Origin: Acidobacteriota bacterium
Lineage (GTDB): Bacteria > Acidobacteriota > UBA4820 > DSQY01
Reading direction: 5' to 3'
NCBI GenBank assembly: GCA_021833665.1
Contig: JAKBES010000002.1
Span: forward strand, 1-50,789
Length of the DNA stretch: 50,789 nucleotides
The position numbers and the translations under genes are program-made. The notes beneath the pieces were generated by a model. That model was not told where the DNA came from. It did no database searches and saw only the letters and a program-made list of their open reading frames with translations. Shown here in pieces: positions 18,801 to 24,821 of the stretch. Position 1 is the stretch's first letter. Every line of letters begins with the position of its first letter.

Positions 18801-20525
18801 GGGCTTCTGGACATTCTGAAGGGGGCTGCCCTGCCCGTCTCGGTGGCCGAAACCTTCAAGGAGGGCTTGGACTTCCGGAAGGCCCTGCTCTCCGAGGACT
18901 GCCCGCCCGAGTTCAAACCCCTGCGGGATATGTTCATCCGCGGTGGCGGCCGGGTCTCCATGGACACGGAGTACGAGGCCGGCTTCACCAAGCAGTTCAT
19001 GGATGCCTGGCGCACGGCCCTGGGTGGTTCCGGCGTGCTGGAGGCCATGCTGGGGAAGGATGGAGTCTACCAGCGCAGCCGCGGCAAGGAGGTCTGGGAA
19101 CGGGCCATCGCCGCCGGCAAGGGCACCATGGCAGCCCCGTTCGCCCTGGTGGAAGCCCTCGCGGCCCCGATCATGAAGGTCTACGTGCCCATCATGAAGC
19201 TGGGGACCATGGCGCAGCTCTTCGCGGACGAGATGGCCCGGCTGCCGGAGGATGCCACGCCAGCCCAGATTGACCGGGTGGCCCGGAAGGTGGTGGACCA
19301 CGTGGAAGACCGCATGGGCCAGATGACCTACGACAACCTGCACTGGCACGCCTTCACCAAGCAGGTCATGCAGCTGTCCTTCCGGGCCGTGGGCTGGGAT
19401 GTGGGCTCCTGGCGCATGATCCTCGGCGCCGGCCAGGACACCCTGGCCATGGCCCCGCGGGCGGCCCGCGCCCTGGCCTCGACGATGACGAGCGACCCCG
19501 AGGCCAAGAAGTTTCTCGATGACGCGCGCGCGCACCGCGATCGGATGGCGGGCGAGTTCGGGCACAACCGCTGGTTCACCTACAACATGGCCCAGACCTT
19601 CGCCGTCGTGGCGATGGTGGGCCTGCTGTCAGGCCTGCTCACCTGGATCTTCACGGGGGAGCCGCCGAAGGACCTTCAGGACCTCCGGCATTTCCGCACC
19701 GGGCGCATGGACAAGTACGGGAAGCCCGAGCGCCGGCAGTTCGCCAGCTACATGAAGGAGATCGAGGACATCCTCTACATCACGGCGGAGTCCAGCCACT
19801 TCAACTTCTCGCCCGCCATGCAGTACCTGTGGGGGAAGAAGGCGCCCTGGCTGAACGCCCTGGTGAAATTCGGGGGCAACAAGGACTGGCGGGGCCAGCA
19901 GGTCTACACGCCCATCACCGAGGGGCACCCCAAGAAGACGCTCGAGGACCTGGGCAAGGCCGCCCTGCTGGAGCTCTCGCCCATCTCCCTGGTCCAGTCG
20001 GCGGAAAAGTGGGACGTGCAGGGTGGGTGGAAGTCGATCCTTCCGGCCGCAGGCCTGACCAAGCCGAAACAGGAGAACGTCAACACGAAGGCCGAGAACC
20101 GCCTGGTGGAGATGCTGGCCGACCGCATGCCCCGGGTCATCGAGAAGACCAAGGGGGATCGGGAGTCCCAGCTGCGCATCGCCAAGGACGCCTTCGTGCT
20201 GGGCAACCGGAAGCCCATGGAGGAGCTCCAGAAGGAGGGCCTGCTGACGGCCCGGGACCAGAAGAGCATCATGCGGAACTTCCAGGCCCAGTCACTTATC
20301 GTCCGTCTTTCGAACGCTACCAACATCCAGGCAGACGATTTAATGAAGATCTGGGACGACATGACGCCGCAGGAGAAGTCCGCGGTGTTCCCAGCCATGG
20401 CTCGAAAGATTGGCACGGCCTTCCGATCTACGCCCCCAGCCCAGCGAGACGCCCTCAAAGAAAAGTGGAACCAGATCAAGCAAGAAGTAAAATCAATCAA
20501 GGCGGAGCCGCGATCTTCTAGTTAG
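9855..20525 (+). CDS. giant polyvalent (P1 DarB-like) virion/ejection protein, 3,556 aa: zeta-kinase-like, N6-adenine MTase, Strawberry-notch-type SF2 helicase and a long C-terminal region
   Basis: A single open frame of 10,671 nt with AGGAGAAGGA before the ATG. Motifs seen are ITMGAPGNGKST, LEPSAGVGG followed by VVLMNPPFS, GDGTGVGKGR, VLDEAH and QGLGRTHRTNQ. See the findings for frame anomalies at two linkers. Confidence 0.8.
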   Translation: MSFNPDFNPDFNPDAKATAEAKPFNAGFNPDFNPDAKATAEAKPFNAGFNPDFNPDAVTAPVAVADMPSTAGIPRFAANEGDSPLQAPPRALQGAIDQAKAAHQALVEKLVAQGMSREDAENYQVGTLSGMSPEAWQETLAQDEARRKSVTQRIIEGAAHGAATPIVTLANTPSGLIREAGKLTGSQALEQAGESLRPTEAQQILRDTAPQTGVGKAADFLGNVGMSVPTLGVLGTAGFATQSAGNTMNEALDKGASPGKALAAGGLQAAKDVALMTAFKLVPSLQTTNPAVAATVNSLAKNTGMGLTLTYGGNLIDKLTWDPERGVFDGTQQALATGLAFGLLHVPQEMRAAGYRQLALDHPQGVDGYIADLQAKKDLLSKTEGDMQNTITVSPEGNRVENYDRQAFDKVNGSITEALRVARKFRDQLLKQGKLDAALGTGRVNTPTPSPEAPRGESSPEAPAPASLAGGPPVPAPEGGSGPLPGAGQTPGAPPLPAPILPGAAPANHPGVPAPGNAGPDNPAAGPGPQAPAEAPEVAILAQQVQQLQGLSDQMAARAAQHPHVEEAQQDAIEAEDLLQAAKDRLGYVAPEHPLLAPPGAASGPTGKDSLQVAQAAQPVPQSAQPVPEPAPTPAQVQALQPSGHATTPADLPTQTEQPVPEVSSSGTAPAAPPESHTHTAMDETWVQGKAQGLGLTLPRWQPGMDTGAYLEKRAESLAQNPDAFLKLYQSIPETMGGKILDGDVLDMLLKGDHPEHYDLFNNFKWSDPEQEMFYEDHSSKLYKTLLKNTLEQPAKAGEHFLITMGAPGNGKSTVAQALLREPGAEHVKGVIDTPGRNINDVDKVIRAARAKGYAVDVLFVKRPVEDAVKSLMLRTRREGRGLSPFDTSEMGLSQATGLFPKLVGRFAQTPGVNFRVIENRTGAPHQEVANLHAHGPEATIAAGKLGYIDRAGKPINGLELAGRAAKAYTDTRDTQDARIHPEYIKRFDPEVTNALRSLQGVREPVVQGRGDGDRAPERGQGASGGGTGTPEQETGAGLGPGEQPVSRGSGPVPETPGQRQPGVGRPGILTGARALAGTAPDHFAYPYQQLGDAVVSRALAGEKLDNVGLRRLAAQFFHGQPSQKDLYDAMELGLNRHILAHPEQFNVEQVPIEDVIQNLEGLVSKLPTQTHREAGANEFQQYSTPPFYAAVVAWVGKVQPSDLVLEPSAGVGGISVFPRLAGARVMVNEFDRARRAKLLEALPGWESIRTEDARFIHAHLQKAGARPTVVLMNPPFSSTSGKVHGKRDSAQGVKHIDAALASLVPGGRLVAIMGDMEGAAWRAYQSRLQADPNVTIRALVGVDGKAYRKYGTTFDSVVLVMDKVPPVPGAKPITGKVANLEELADLLKGVRNDRPGDQPGSLSSQPSGGPAPEAAGAPGAVQQPAADAGGGRGPKPLESQGGPGQPSAAANRPAGGSGKPGGLRGGAAPVHVAPGVGPEAGEGGGAAPVRPGNAGPVPAGEPGGRGGEVQEPVRTPEHPGGAGGLDVQNDHVAPVQAQTLKAPARAAEADENPDSVFANYRPSKVSFPGSQPHLGDLVESQAMSAVDLPDARPTTKLHLPEEMIKTGKLSEAQLEADYYATQATNQMLDDGRRQGFLIGDGTGVGKGREIAGFIMSTLNAGHGGGKAVWLSKNTDLFRDATRDWTGIGGHPDHLIDLSKIKATEGAKGAKTVAPIPVEKGVLFGTYAAVTGEKGEVPGARKLQLQEWLGPDFDGAIVLDEAHLASNLGLARTSRGKAKPSQTATGMMEIQRMFPKARVVYVTATVASDPSQLAFLDRLGLWGKGKSFDRAADLLAAVDNAGLAGMELVARDLKARGLYIARNLSYHGVNYRTLEHRLSSDQTVAYNTAAGAWQKVLENVHQVIEDMTGGKNSGKAKGAALSKFYGQQQAFFNSLLTSLTLPSAFADMQKALEAGHSVVVQLTETGEARQGRSIEEATQRAKETGEDMDVAALDLSPKDILIGFLKSGFPVNALEEVEDDHGNKFWQVVRDAAGNPVEDPEAVAKRDALIAEIATLNLPGSALDEILKEFGTDKVTEITGRSERRVFLPDGTAKIEKRTDKQVEADKNAFMGDQKRILIFSKAANTGMSFHADNTAQNRTKRIHYVLQGGWNAADAIQGLGRTHRTNQAQAPEYVLVTTDLGGHKRFTSTIARRISQLGALTKGQRQASASLFTEKDNLESPTALRALSAWYDQIMQGPIPLPNGDSLSEAEFEDATGLHLRDHQGMPLLERPPMKKFLNRVLALPVDQQNATFDSLAHRIEEQYHLDEQAGLLEKGLQNIPVVSAKVVEEDPFYKDEDTGAKTVYQKIEARQKVNYLDFDKINQKSRDFEGFYQDPKRKIPFAITKGRAEMKPDGTVIQHYKLAGPTTIAYRSNLDFEKLEQLDPQQAKEAWEAYKQENGDTATKNFHMITGAMLNIWNRFPANLPMEVGRIRLSNGNTAMGRLIPESRLTEVLQRIGAEKALDASQKALRDMKGSGVLDSVLRDGRIVSLANGFRVQPVRRSGEYFAVLDGVPHQSAMHALVQQYQGWRMEQFQGQYGAQYKVVIPDNPEAKASLDTYLKAAPVRSVSEPRPGWVRPREGERGAAAVELLTAPAKVVQAIARGPVGEALRGAKDMLKAVVAPATINEMSQRAADIHSGKLAQLHLQDARARKVLEHAHKAMAGMTKDQVLDLFDVLEGKEDLSTIEDPKIADAINFMRKTLEQDYLDVVATGKSLNYIENYFPHMYAKPEKARPFLEEYAKRPMAGRQDWAKHRSIPYLSEAVRERGLEPASWNPIDLFLARHFDMQKFVAAHQILDAFKKERVGGAKIIRYYKAIQTPPEGFVKLDDRIAEITSIRSALVKSPETGRFEGKPLLPGSKITYGSYYAPAAVARIFNNYLSPGLDGTLLRTPYRFVRRANNFLNMGQLGLSGFHATFITIEGAAGSLSRGMMKIIRDGNPEGLLDILKGAALPVSVAETFKEGLDFRKALLSEDCPPEFKPLRDMFIRGGGRVSMDTEYEAGFTKQFMDAWRTALGGSGVLEAMLGKDGVYQRSRGKEVWERAIAAGKGTMAAPFALVEALAAPIMKVYVPIMKLGTMAQLFADEMARLPEDATPAQIDRVARKVVDHVEDRMGQMTYDNLHWHAFTKQVMQLSFRAVGWDVGSWRMILGAGQDTLAMAPRAARALASTMTSDPEAKKFLDDARAHRDRMAGEFGHNRWFTYNMAQTFAVVAMVGLLSGLLTWIFTGEPPKDLQDLRHFRTGRMDKYGKPERRQFASYMKEIEDILYITAESSHFNFSPAMQYLWGKKAPWLNALVKFGGNKDWRGQQVYTPITEGHPKKTLEDLGKAALLELSPISLVQSAEKWDVQGGWKSILPAAGLTKPKQENVNTKAENRLVEMLADRMPRVIEKTKGDRESQLRIAKDAFVLGNRKPMEELQKEGLLTARDQKSIMRNFQAQSLIVRLSNATNIQADDLMKIWDDMTPQEKSAVFPAMARKIGTAFRSTPPAQRDALKEKWNQIKQEVKSIKAEPRSSS
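9873..10025 (+). repeat. 63-bp tandem repeat, about 2.4 copies (FNPDFNPDAKATAEAKPFNAG)
   Basis: Copies at 9873-9935 and 9936-9998 are near-identical, and a partial third copy starts at 9999. All are in frame at the N-terminus of the giant ORF. Confidence 0.9.
12050..12650 (+). other. zeta-toxin-like P-loop kinase domain of the giant ORF (approximate bounds)
   Basis: Walker A GAPGNGKS at about 12270-12293, followed by ..KGYAVDVLFVKRPVEDAVKSLMLRTRREGR, which resembles zeta/AAA_33-type kinases. Confidence 0.55.
12784..13047 (+). CDS. nested +1-frame ORF, 87 aa, at the kinase-MTase junction
   Basis: GAGGGA lies 8 nt before the ATG, and the ORF ends in TAG. From 12841 on, 59/68 codons end in G/C (hand count) against 22/69 in the giant frame. 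The sequence is helical and charged rather than low complexity. Confidence 0.4.
   Translation: MPESTPNTLSGSTPRLPTPYDLSKVFESQSFKDGVMEIVHQNEAKEHLAGERALQNKKRAQAWGQENSRSPEEVDQYRKRLDSGNLE
13100..13950 (+). other. gamma-class N6-adenine DNA methyltransferase domain of the giant ORF (approximate bounds)
   Basis: Motif I LEPSAGVGG (about 13470-13496) precedes motif IV NPPF (VVLMNPPFS, about 13663-13689). Confidence 0.75.
14032..14454 (+). CDS. nested +1-frame ORF, 140 aa, at the MTase-helicase junction
   Basis: AAGGGGG, a 6-nt spacer and ATG at the start, and TAG at the end. 127/140 codons end in G/C (hand count) against about 66/141 in the giant frame. The W/F/L-containing sequence looks globular. 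Confidence 0.5.
   Translation: MTDLVTSLEAFPLNRAAARLLKLQGLPVLSSSQPLTQAVAEGLNHWNPRGDQDSRVLPRIARLAEAGSPEAFAEALRPFMWPLAWDPKQAKVEGLPPYGPETLDQYLPANLAAEAGKCKNLSELLNILEGQEAWTFKMTT
14690..16500 (+). other. Strawberry-notch-type SF2 helicase core of the giant ORF (approximate bounds)
   Basis: Motif I GFLIGDGTGVGKGREIAG (about 14760), motif II IVLDEAHLA (about 15124) and motif VI IQGLGRTHRTNQAQAPEY (about 16322). Confidence 0.8.
19596..19652 (+). other. predicted transmembrane helix in the C-terminal region of the giant ORF
   Basis: TFAVVAMVGLLSGLLTWIF is the only strongly hydrophobic 19-mer I saw in the last ~950 aa. Confidence 0.45.
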
Positions 20526-20557
20526 GCATGAACAACCTGATAGAAAATGGTGATTAA

Positions 20558-20911
20558 ATGATCGCGCTTCTGCAAGTTATCCAAGGCGCCACGGGTGCAT
20601 CCGACCCGGAGCGCACCTTCGTTTCCCTCAGCAGCTTCGACTGGGCCACGGTCATGGTGCTTGGGGCCATCGCCTGGTTCTTCTTCGTGCGGGACTACCG
20701 CAGCAGGGACGAACTGGCGAAGACCGTGAAGGCCCTGGCAGATGCGGTATCAGACCTCCGCGCCTTGATGGCCGAGCAGTACGTGAGCAAGGACGATCAC
20801 CGCCGGGAGATCGACCGCCTCTCGGATGACATCGACACCTGGGCCAACCGGTTCCAGCGGGATCTGGAGAGCCATCGGGATGAGTGTGCCGCCCGGCGGC
20901 CGGCTCAGTGA
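20558..20911 (+). CDS. holin-like protein (one TM helix plus charged coiled-coil-like tail), 117 aa
   Basis: The TM segment is WATVMVLGAIAWFFFV. The gene lies directly upstream of the endolysin. Confidence 0.4.
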   Translation: MIALLQVIQGATGASDPERTFVSLSSFDWATVMVLGAIAWFFFVRDYRSRDELAKTVKALADAVSDLRALMAEQYVSKDDHRREIDRLSDDIDTWANRFQRDLESHRDECAARRPAQ

Positions 20912-20925
20912 AGGAGAGCCACACC

Positions 20926-21465
20926 ATGGCCCTGGACCTCGAAGCCCACATCACCGAGAACTTCCAATGGAAGGAGTTCCTCCACAGCGATGCGGCCGCG
21001 CACGCTGGCGTGGCCTTCCCGGAGCCTCCGGAGGACATCCAGGCCAACATCCGCAAGGTGGCGGCGAAGGCCGAGGAAGCCAGGGGCATCCTGGGTGTGC
21101 GGGTGAACATCCACAGCGGCTGGCGCCCCACCGAGCCGGTGGACATCAATAAGCTGGCCGGGTCCGTCTCGAAGACCAGCGCCCACATCGAAGGGCTGGC
21201 GGCTGACCTATCCCCGGAAGGGATGCAGATCCCTGATGCCCTGCGGACGCTCGTGAACCACCCCACCTTCATGGAGGGCGTGGACCAGTTGATCAACGAG
21301 CGGGGGTGCCTGCACATGGGCCTGCCGTGCAAGGCCAGCGAGTACCAGCCCCGGCATGAGGTCAGGGGCGAGACCTACATCCAGAACCCCAAGACGAAGC
21401 AGGTGGAGCGGCACTACCCGCTGCTCTTCGTCTGGAAGCCCAGCCCGGGGGTGGCCCATGTTTGA
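20926..21465 (+). CDS. endolysin, peptidase M15 (D-Ala-D-Ala carboxypeptidase-like / L-Ala-D-Glu peptidase) family, 179 aa
   Basis: AAGGAG lies 8 nt before ATG 20926. Motifs are SGWRP..., SKTSAHIEGLAADL and ERGCLHMG, matching the SG(Y/W)R / SxHxxGxAxD / H zinc-ligand pattern. Confidence 0.8.
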   Translation: MALDLEAHITENFQWKEFLHSDAAAHAGVAFPEPPEDIQANIRKVAAKAEEARGILGVRVNIHSGWRPTEPVDINKLAGSVSKTSAHIEGLAADLSPEGMQIPDALRTLVNHPTFMEGVDQLINERGCLHMGLPCKASEYQPRHEVRGETYIQNPKTKQVERHYPLLFVWKPSPGVAHV

Positions 21466-21751
21466 AGCGATGCTGGCATGGCTCAAGAAGACCGGGAGGA
21501 TTGACCTGGGGCGGGCCTTCAACAGCCAGGATCCCACCCTGGAGGTCAACCTGCTGGCCTACGGGTTCGGCGTGCTGATGACGGCGGTATGGCTCTCCCT
21601 GGCCCTTCGCCGGTACGGGCTGGATGGGAACTGGGTGACGGCCCTGGGCCTGTTCCTGGGTGCCGTGACCGGTGGCCTCTTCAAGAAAGGTGCGAATGCG
21701 AACCAGAGCGGCAAGGCCCCGGGAACGCAGGACAAGGAAGGTGAGCCATGA
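21458..21751 (+). CDS. second holin-like membrane protein (two TM helices), 97 aa
   Basis: The ATG overlaps the endolysin stop (ATGTTTGA). TM segments are LLAYGFGVLMTAVWLSLAL and WVTALGLFLGAVTGGLF. Confidence 0.45.
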   Translation: MFEAMLAWLKKTGRIDLGRAFNSQDPTLEVNLLAYGFGVLMTAVWLSLALRRYGLDGNWVTALGLFLGAVTGGLFKKGANANQSGKAPGTQDKEGEP

Positions 21752-22365
21752 TGGACGCCACGAAAGGCGCGATCACGCTGGGCCTCGTGTTCTCCCTGGG
21801 GCTCGGGACCGGGTGGATGTTGTGGAGGCCGAAGCCGGCCCCCCCGGCGGTCTACCATCCCCCCATCCAGCAGGGGGACGGAAGCCAGGTGATCGAGGTG
21901 AAGCCCGACGCCCACGTGAAGCCTCCACACCAGATCCCGCACGGGGCGACGGTGGAGGACGAGGTGCAGGTGGTGGTGCAGCCGAATCAACCCGCCGCTC
22001 CTGCTTCGCTGCCCCCTTCCGGGTCCGTTGCTTTGGAACCAAGTAGGCCCTGCCCTCCGGTGACGGTGGATCTGAGCGTGATCCGGATGGCGGATGGCAC
22101 GCGTCGGGTGGTGGCCTCGAGTCCAGATGGCTCGATCCTTCGGGCGGTTCAGATCCCAGTGGAGGCCGCCAAGCCTCAGTCCAAGATGCTGAAATGGGCG
22201 GCGGGCCCCAGCTGGAACCCATCGGACCGGACATACGGTGCCTGGGTCGAGCGCGATGCCGGGCCGCTGCGTTTCGGCGCCGATCTATACCAGGTGCGGG
22301 AACCGATCGCCGCCGGTGGGCGCCTCAGCGTGGCCGGCATGATCCGCATCGGCATCCGGTTCTGA
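21748..22365 (+). CDS. spanin-like envelope protein (N-terminal TM anchor, Pro-rich spacer, beta-signal-like C-terminus), 205 aa
   Basis: ATGA overlap with the previous gene. The TM segment is AITLGLVFSLGLGTGWMLW, and the protein ends ..LSVAGMIRIGIRF. Confidence 0.4.
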   Translation: MMDATKGAITLGLVFSLGLGTGWMLWRPKPAPPAVYHPPIQQGDGSQVIEVKPDAHVKPPHQIPHGATVEDEVQVVVQPNQPAAPASLPPSGSVALEPSRPCPPVTVDLSVIRMADGTRRVVASSPDGSILRAVQIPVEAAKPQSKMLKWAAGPSWNPSDRTYGAWVERDAGPLRFGADLYQVREPIAAGGRLSVAGMIRIGIRF

Positions 22366-22408
22366 CCTTCACCCCGCGGGCGTCGTCCCGCAACCAAGGA
22401 GCACCACC

Positions 22409-22513
22409 ATGAGCAAGAGCGCCCCCAAGCCCCCGGCCCCGAAGGGGAAGCCCGCCATGCCGATGCCTTTCATGCCCCCGGCTGGCAAAGGACCCAAGAA
22501 GCCGAAGTGCTGA
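22409..22513 (+). CDS. Lys/Pro-rich micro-ORF, 34 aa (MSKSAPKPPAPKGKPAMPMPFMPPAGKGPKKPKC)
   Basis: AAGGAG lies 8 nt upstream of the ATG. It is the last ORF before the terminator and is below the ORF-track size cut-off. Confidence 0.35.
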   Translation: MSKSAPKPPAPKGKPAMPMPFMPPAGKGPKKPKC

Positions 22514-22569
22514 GTCTACGCCGGGAGCCCGCCAGGGCGAGGGGCATGCCCCACCCGGCACCAGACCAA

Positions 22570-22589
22570 GGCCCCTCCGGGGGCCTTTT
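22570..22589 (+). terminator. rho-independent terminator (GGCCCC-TCCG-GGGGCC-TTTT)
   Basis: Perfect 6-bp GC stem, tetraloop and T4 run, located between convergent genes. Confidence 0.7.
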
Positions 22590-24727
22590 CAGTTCACGGC
22601 CTCGGCCACACGCTCGGCCAGGTCGTCGTAGGCGGCCAAGGTCTGCTCCCCTTCGATGGGAGGCCGTAGCTCGATGGCGAAGAGTTTCACGTGGTCCAGG
22701 CGCACGGCCTTGCGTGAGAGCACGGCCACGCTCCCATTCCGGCTCTTGCTGCCGCTGGGGACCACCCATCCCCGACGGTGCCACTCATCCAGGACCACCC
22801 TGAAATTGGGATGCCCGAGGGATTTCACCTGAGCCATGAGCACGTCCGGGCGGATGTAGATGCCTGGGACGAGTTCAGCCTTGTTAGGTAAGGGCCAGAG
22901 CCCCAGCCACCCGCCGCCTGGTTCTTCCTTCCCGCGCGGATAGAACTTGGTGGCGTTGGCGAAGCAATAGTTTCTCACGCTCAACATGCACTCCAGGATG
23001 GGGTCGGAGCCGGCGCCGTCACTCTGGGCCCAGCGCCAGAGGTCATCGAGCATGGGGCGGAAATTCCAGTCGAAAACCTCGGGCACAAGGTTCTGCGCGA
23101 GGTTGGCGCACAGCTCGATGGCGGCGATGTTCTTCCCCAGGCGCCCAGAGAGCCCGGCGTTCTCACCCACCGCGCCCCGGGTGCCGTACTGGTCCCGCAG
23201 GCCACGGTAGATCTCCTTCCACTTGGCCCACTTGTCTCGCTTCTCAATGAGACGCTGGACCCACAGGGGCCCCAGCAGGCCATGGTTCTCCCCGATGATG
23301 CTCTCCACTTGGAGCACCAGGGCCGCGGTTTCTGGGGAGGTCCGGCCCCAGGGTTGCCCGAAGATGGCCCAGGTCCGGGCGAACACGCCGAGCTTGGTGG
23401 TGTCCCCGGTGATGGGCTCCTCCCCGGTGGACATGAGGATGGTGCGCCACGCGCGGCGGGCCTCCGTGCCGGTGATGGTCCCACGCCCCTTGGTGGTGCC
23501 GCTCACCACGTCGTAGACCACTTGGACCGGATCAATGCCGTTCTTCATGCGAGAGGATGCGGTGCGCGTGTCGTCCAGGTACATGGGCAGGTCGCCCAGG
23601 GTCGCCAGCATCCTCTCCACGTAGACATCGGTGACGCGCCAGCTCGAGACGATGGACGGATCCAGGTTGAGTCGGGGCTGGCCCCAGATGGAGGCGGCCA
23701 GGCCCAGGGCCGTGGTCTTGCCCACGGAGCTCTTCCCGGACCACTCCCAGACGAAGTTGTCCGCGGCGAGGATGCCCAGCAGGGGGGGCAGCATCGAGAC
23801 GTAGAGCCCTGCCAGGGCCAGGGGATAGTCGGAGGCCAGCCGGGCGGCCTCGGCCCAGGCCTCCAGCCGGCCCTCCTGCCGGTAGCCTGCCAAGATGCGG
23901 TGGACCTCCTGCCCGGAGGGCACGAACACGAAGTCAGTAGTGCCCCAGCCATCCCGCAGCGTCAGGGGGCTCTGGATCTGCCGCATGCCGTCCTCTGCCA
24001 CCAGCTGCGTCCCGATGAGGAAGGCCTTTTGGTCTGGTAGCCATCCCATGCGGGAAACGCCCTTGACCTCTTCGAAGTGGGCCAGGTTCTGAGCCTCGAA
24101 GGCTGAGAGGTAGAGGATCACCGCGTTGCTGTTTGCGCTGTTGATGGGGGCGCCGAATGGGGCTGCGGCGCGCGCGATGTCGCTGCCGATGGCCATGGCC
24201 TCTCGGGTGACGACCATCCGGCGCCAGGCGCCGTTCGCCAGCCATCCGATGACGACCATGGAGGCGCCCGTCTCCACATCCCGCACGTAGCCTTCCATGA
24301 TCATGGGGTAGTGGCAGACCCGTTCTTTGATGGGCGCTCCCCCGCGTCCTCCGCGCAAGGAGTATGTGCCGAAGAGATCAAGGGTATAGCCTGGCGGGAC
24401 CATGAGCAGATCCCCCTGGGGATGCTCAGCGAGGCTGGAGAGGCGGGCCGGTGCCGCCATGGATCGCCGGCTGATACCCTGTGCGATCTCATCCACCTGC
24501 CGGTGGAAGGCATCGGCCTGTTTGATGCCGACCCGAGTGGTCTTGCCGGTCTGCAGGCGTGCCATGGCGCCATGGTAGGCAACCTCATCCTCTTTGTACC
24601 AGAGGGCAATGGCGTGCATGGCCTCCCGGTCCTGGGCCAGGGCAGCGAGGGCATCCCCCCGGTCCTCTGCCGCCAACACCCGAACGAGGAACTGGCTGGC
24701 CTCCTGGGTGATTCCATGTTCTGGCAT
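22589..24727 (-). CDS. DUF927-type putative SF3-like helicase / replication protein, 712 aa
   Basis: GGAGG lies 5 nt before ATG 24727. Walker A is WEWSGKSSVGKTTALGLAASIWGQP, with ..MYLDDTR as a Walker B-like motif. The overall pattern matches the DUF927 phage/plasmid helicase family as I remember it. Confidence 0.65.
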   Translation of the reverse strand: MPEHGITQEASQFLVRVLAAEDRGDALAALAQDREAMHAIALWYKEDEVAYHGAMARLQTGKTTRVGIKQADAFHRQVDEIAQGISRRSMAAPARLSSLAEHPQGDLLMVPPGYTLDLFGTYSLRGGRGGAPIKERVCHYPMIMEGYVRDVETGASMVVIGWLANGAWRRMVVTREAMAIGSDIARAAAPFGAPINSANSNAVILYLSAFEAQNLAHFEEVKGVSRMGWLPDQKAFLIGTQLVAEDGMRQIQSPLTLRDGWGTTDFVFVPSGQEVHRILAGYRQEGRLEAWAEAARLASDYPLALAGLYVSMLPPLLGILAADNFVWEWSGKSSVGKTTALGLAASIWGQPRLNLDPSIVSSWRVTDVYVERMLATLGDLPMYLDDTRTASSRMKNGIDPVQVVYDVVSGTTKGRGTITGTEARRAWRTILMSTGEEPITGDTTKLGVFARTWAIFGQPWGRTSPETAALVLQVESIIGENHGLLGPLWVQRLIEKRDKWAKWKEIYRGLRDQYGTRGAVGENAGLSGRLGKNIAAIELCANLAQNLVPEVFDWNFRPMLDDLWRWAQSDGAGSDPILECMLSVRNYCFANATKFYPRGKEEPGGGWLGLWPLPNKAELVPGIYIRPDVLMAQVKSLGHPNFRVVLDEWHRRGWVVPSGSKSRNGSVAVLSRKAVRLDHVKLFAIELRPPIEGEQTLAAYDDLAERVAEAVN

Positions 24728-24792
24728 GAAGCCTCCATTCACTGGCCCTAAATAGAACTAAACGGGAATAAACGAAACCGAACAGAACGCCC

Positions 24793-24821
24793 TTGACGGG
24801 TGGGGCGCCTACCCGTATCTT
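24793..24821 (+). promoter_or_regulatory. sigma70-like promoter (TTGACG-17 nt-TATCTT) with an embedded inverted repeat ACGGGT-N9-ACCCGT
   Basis: Read directly about 70 nt upstream of the exonuclease gene, in the divergent intergenic region. Confidence 0.5.

Noticed and set aside
9855-20525. Giant ORF as an N4-like virion RNA polymerase (similar size)
   Set aside because: No single-subunit RNAP motifs were seen. Instead the ORF carries kinase, MTase and Sbno-helicase motifs.
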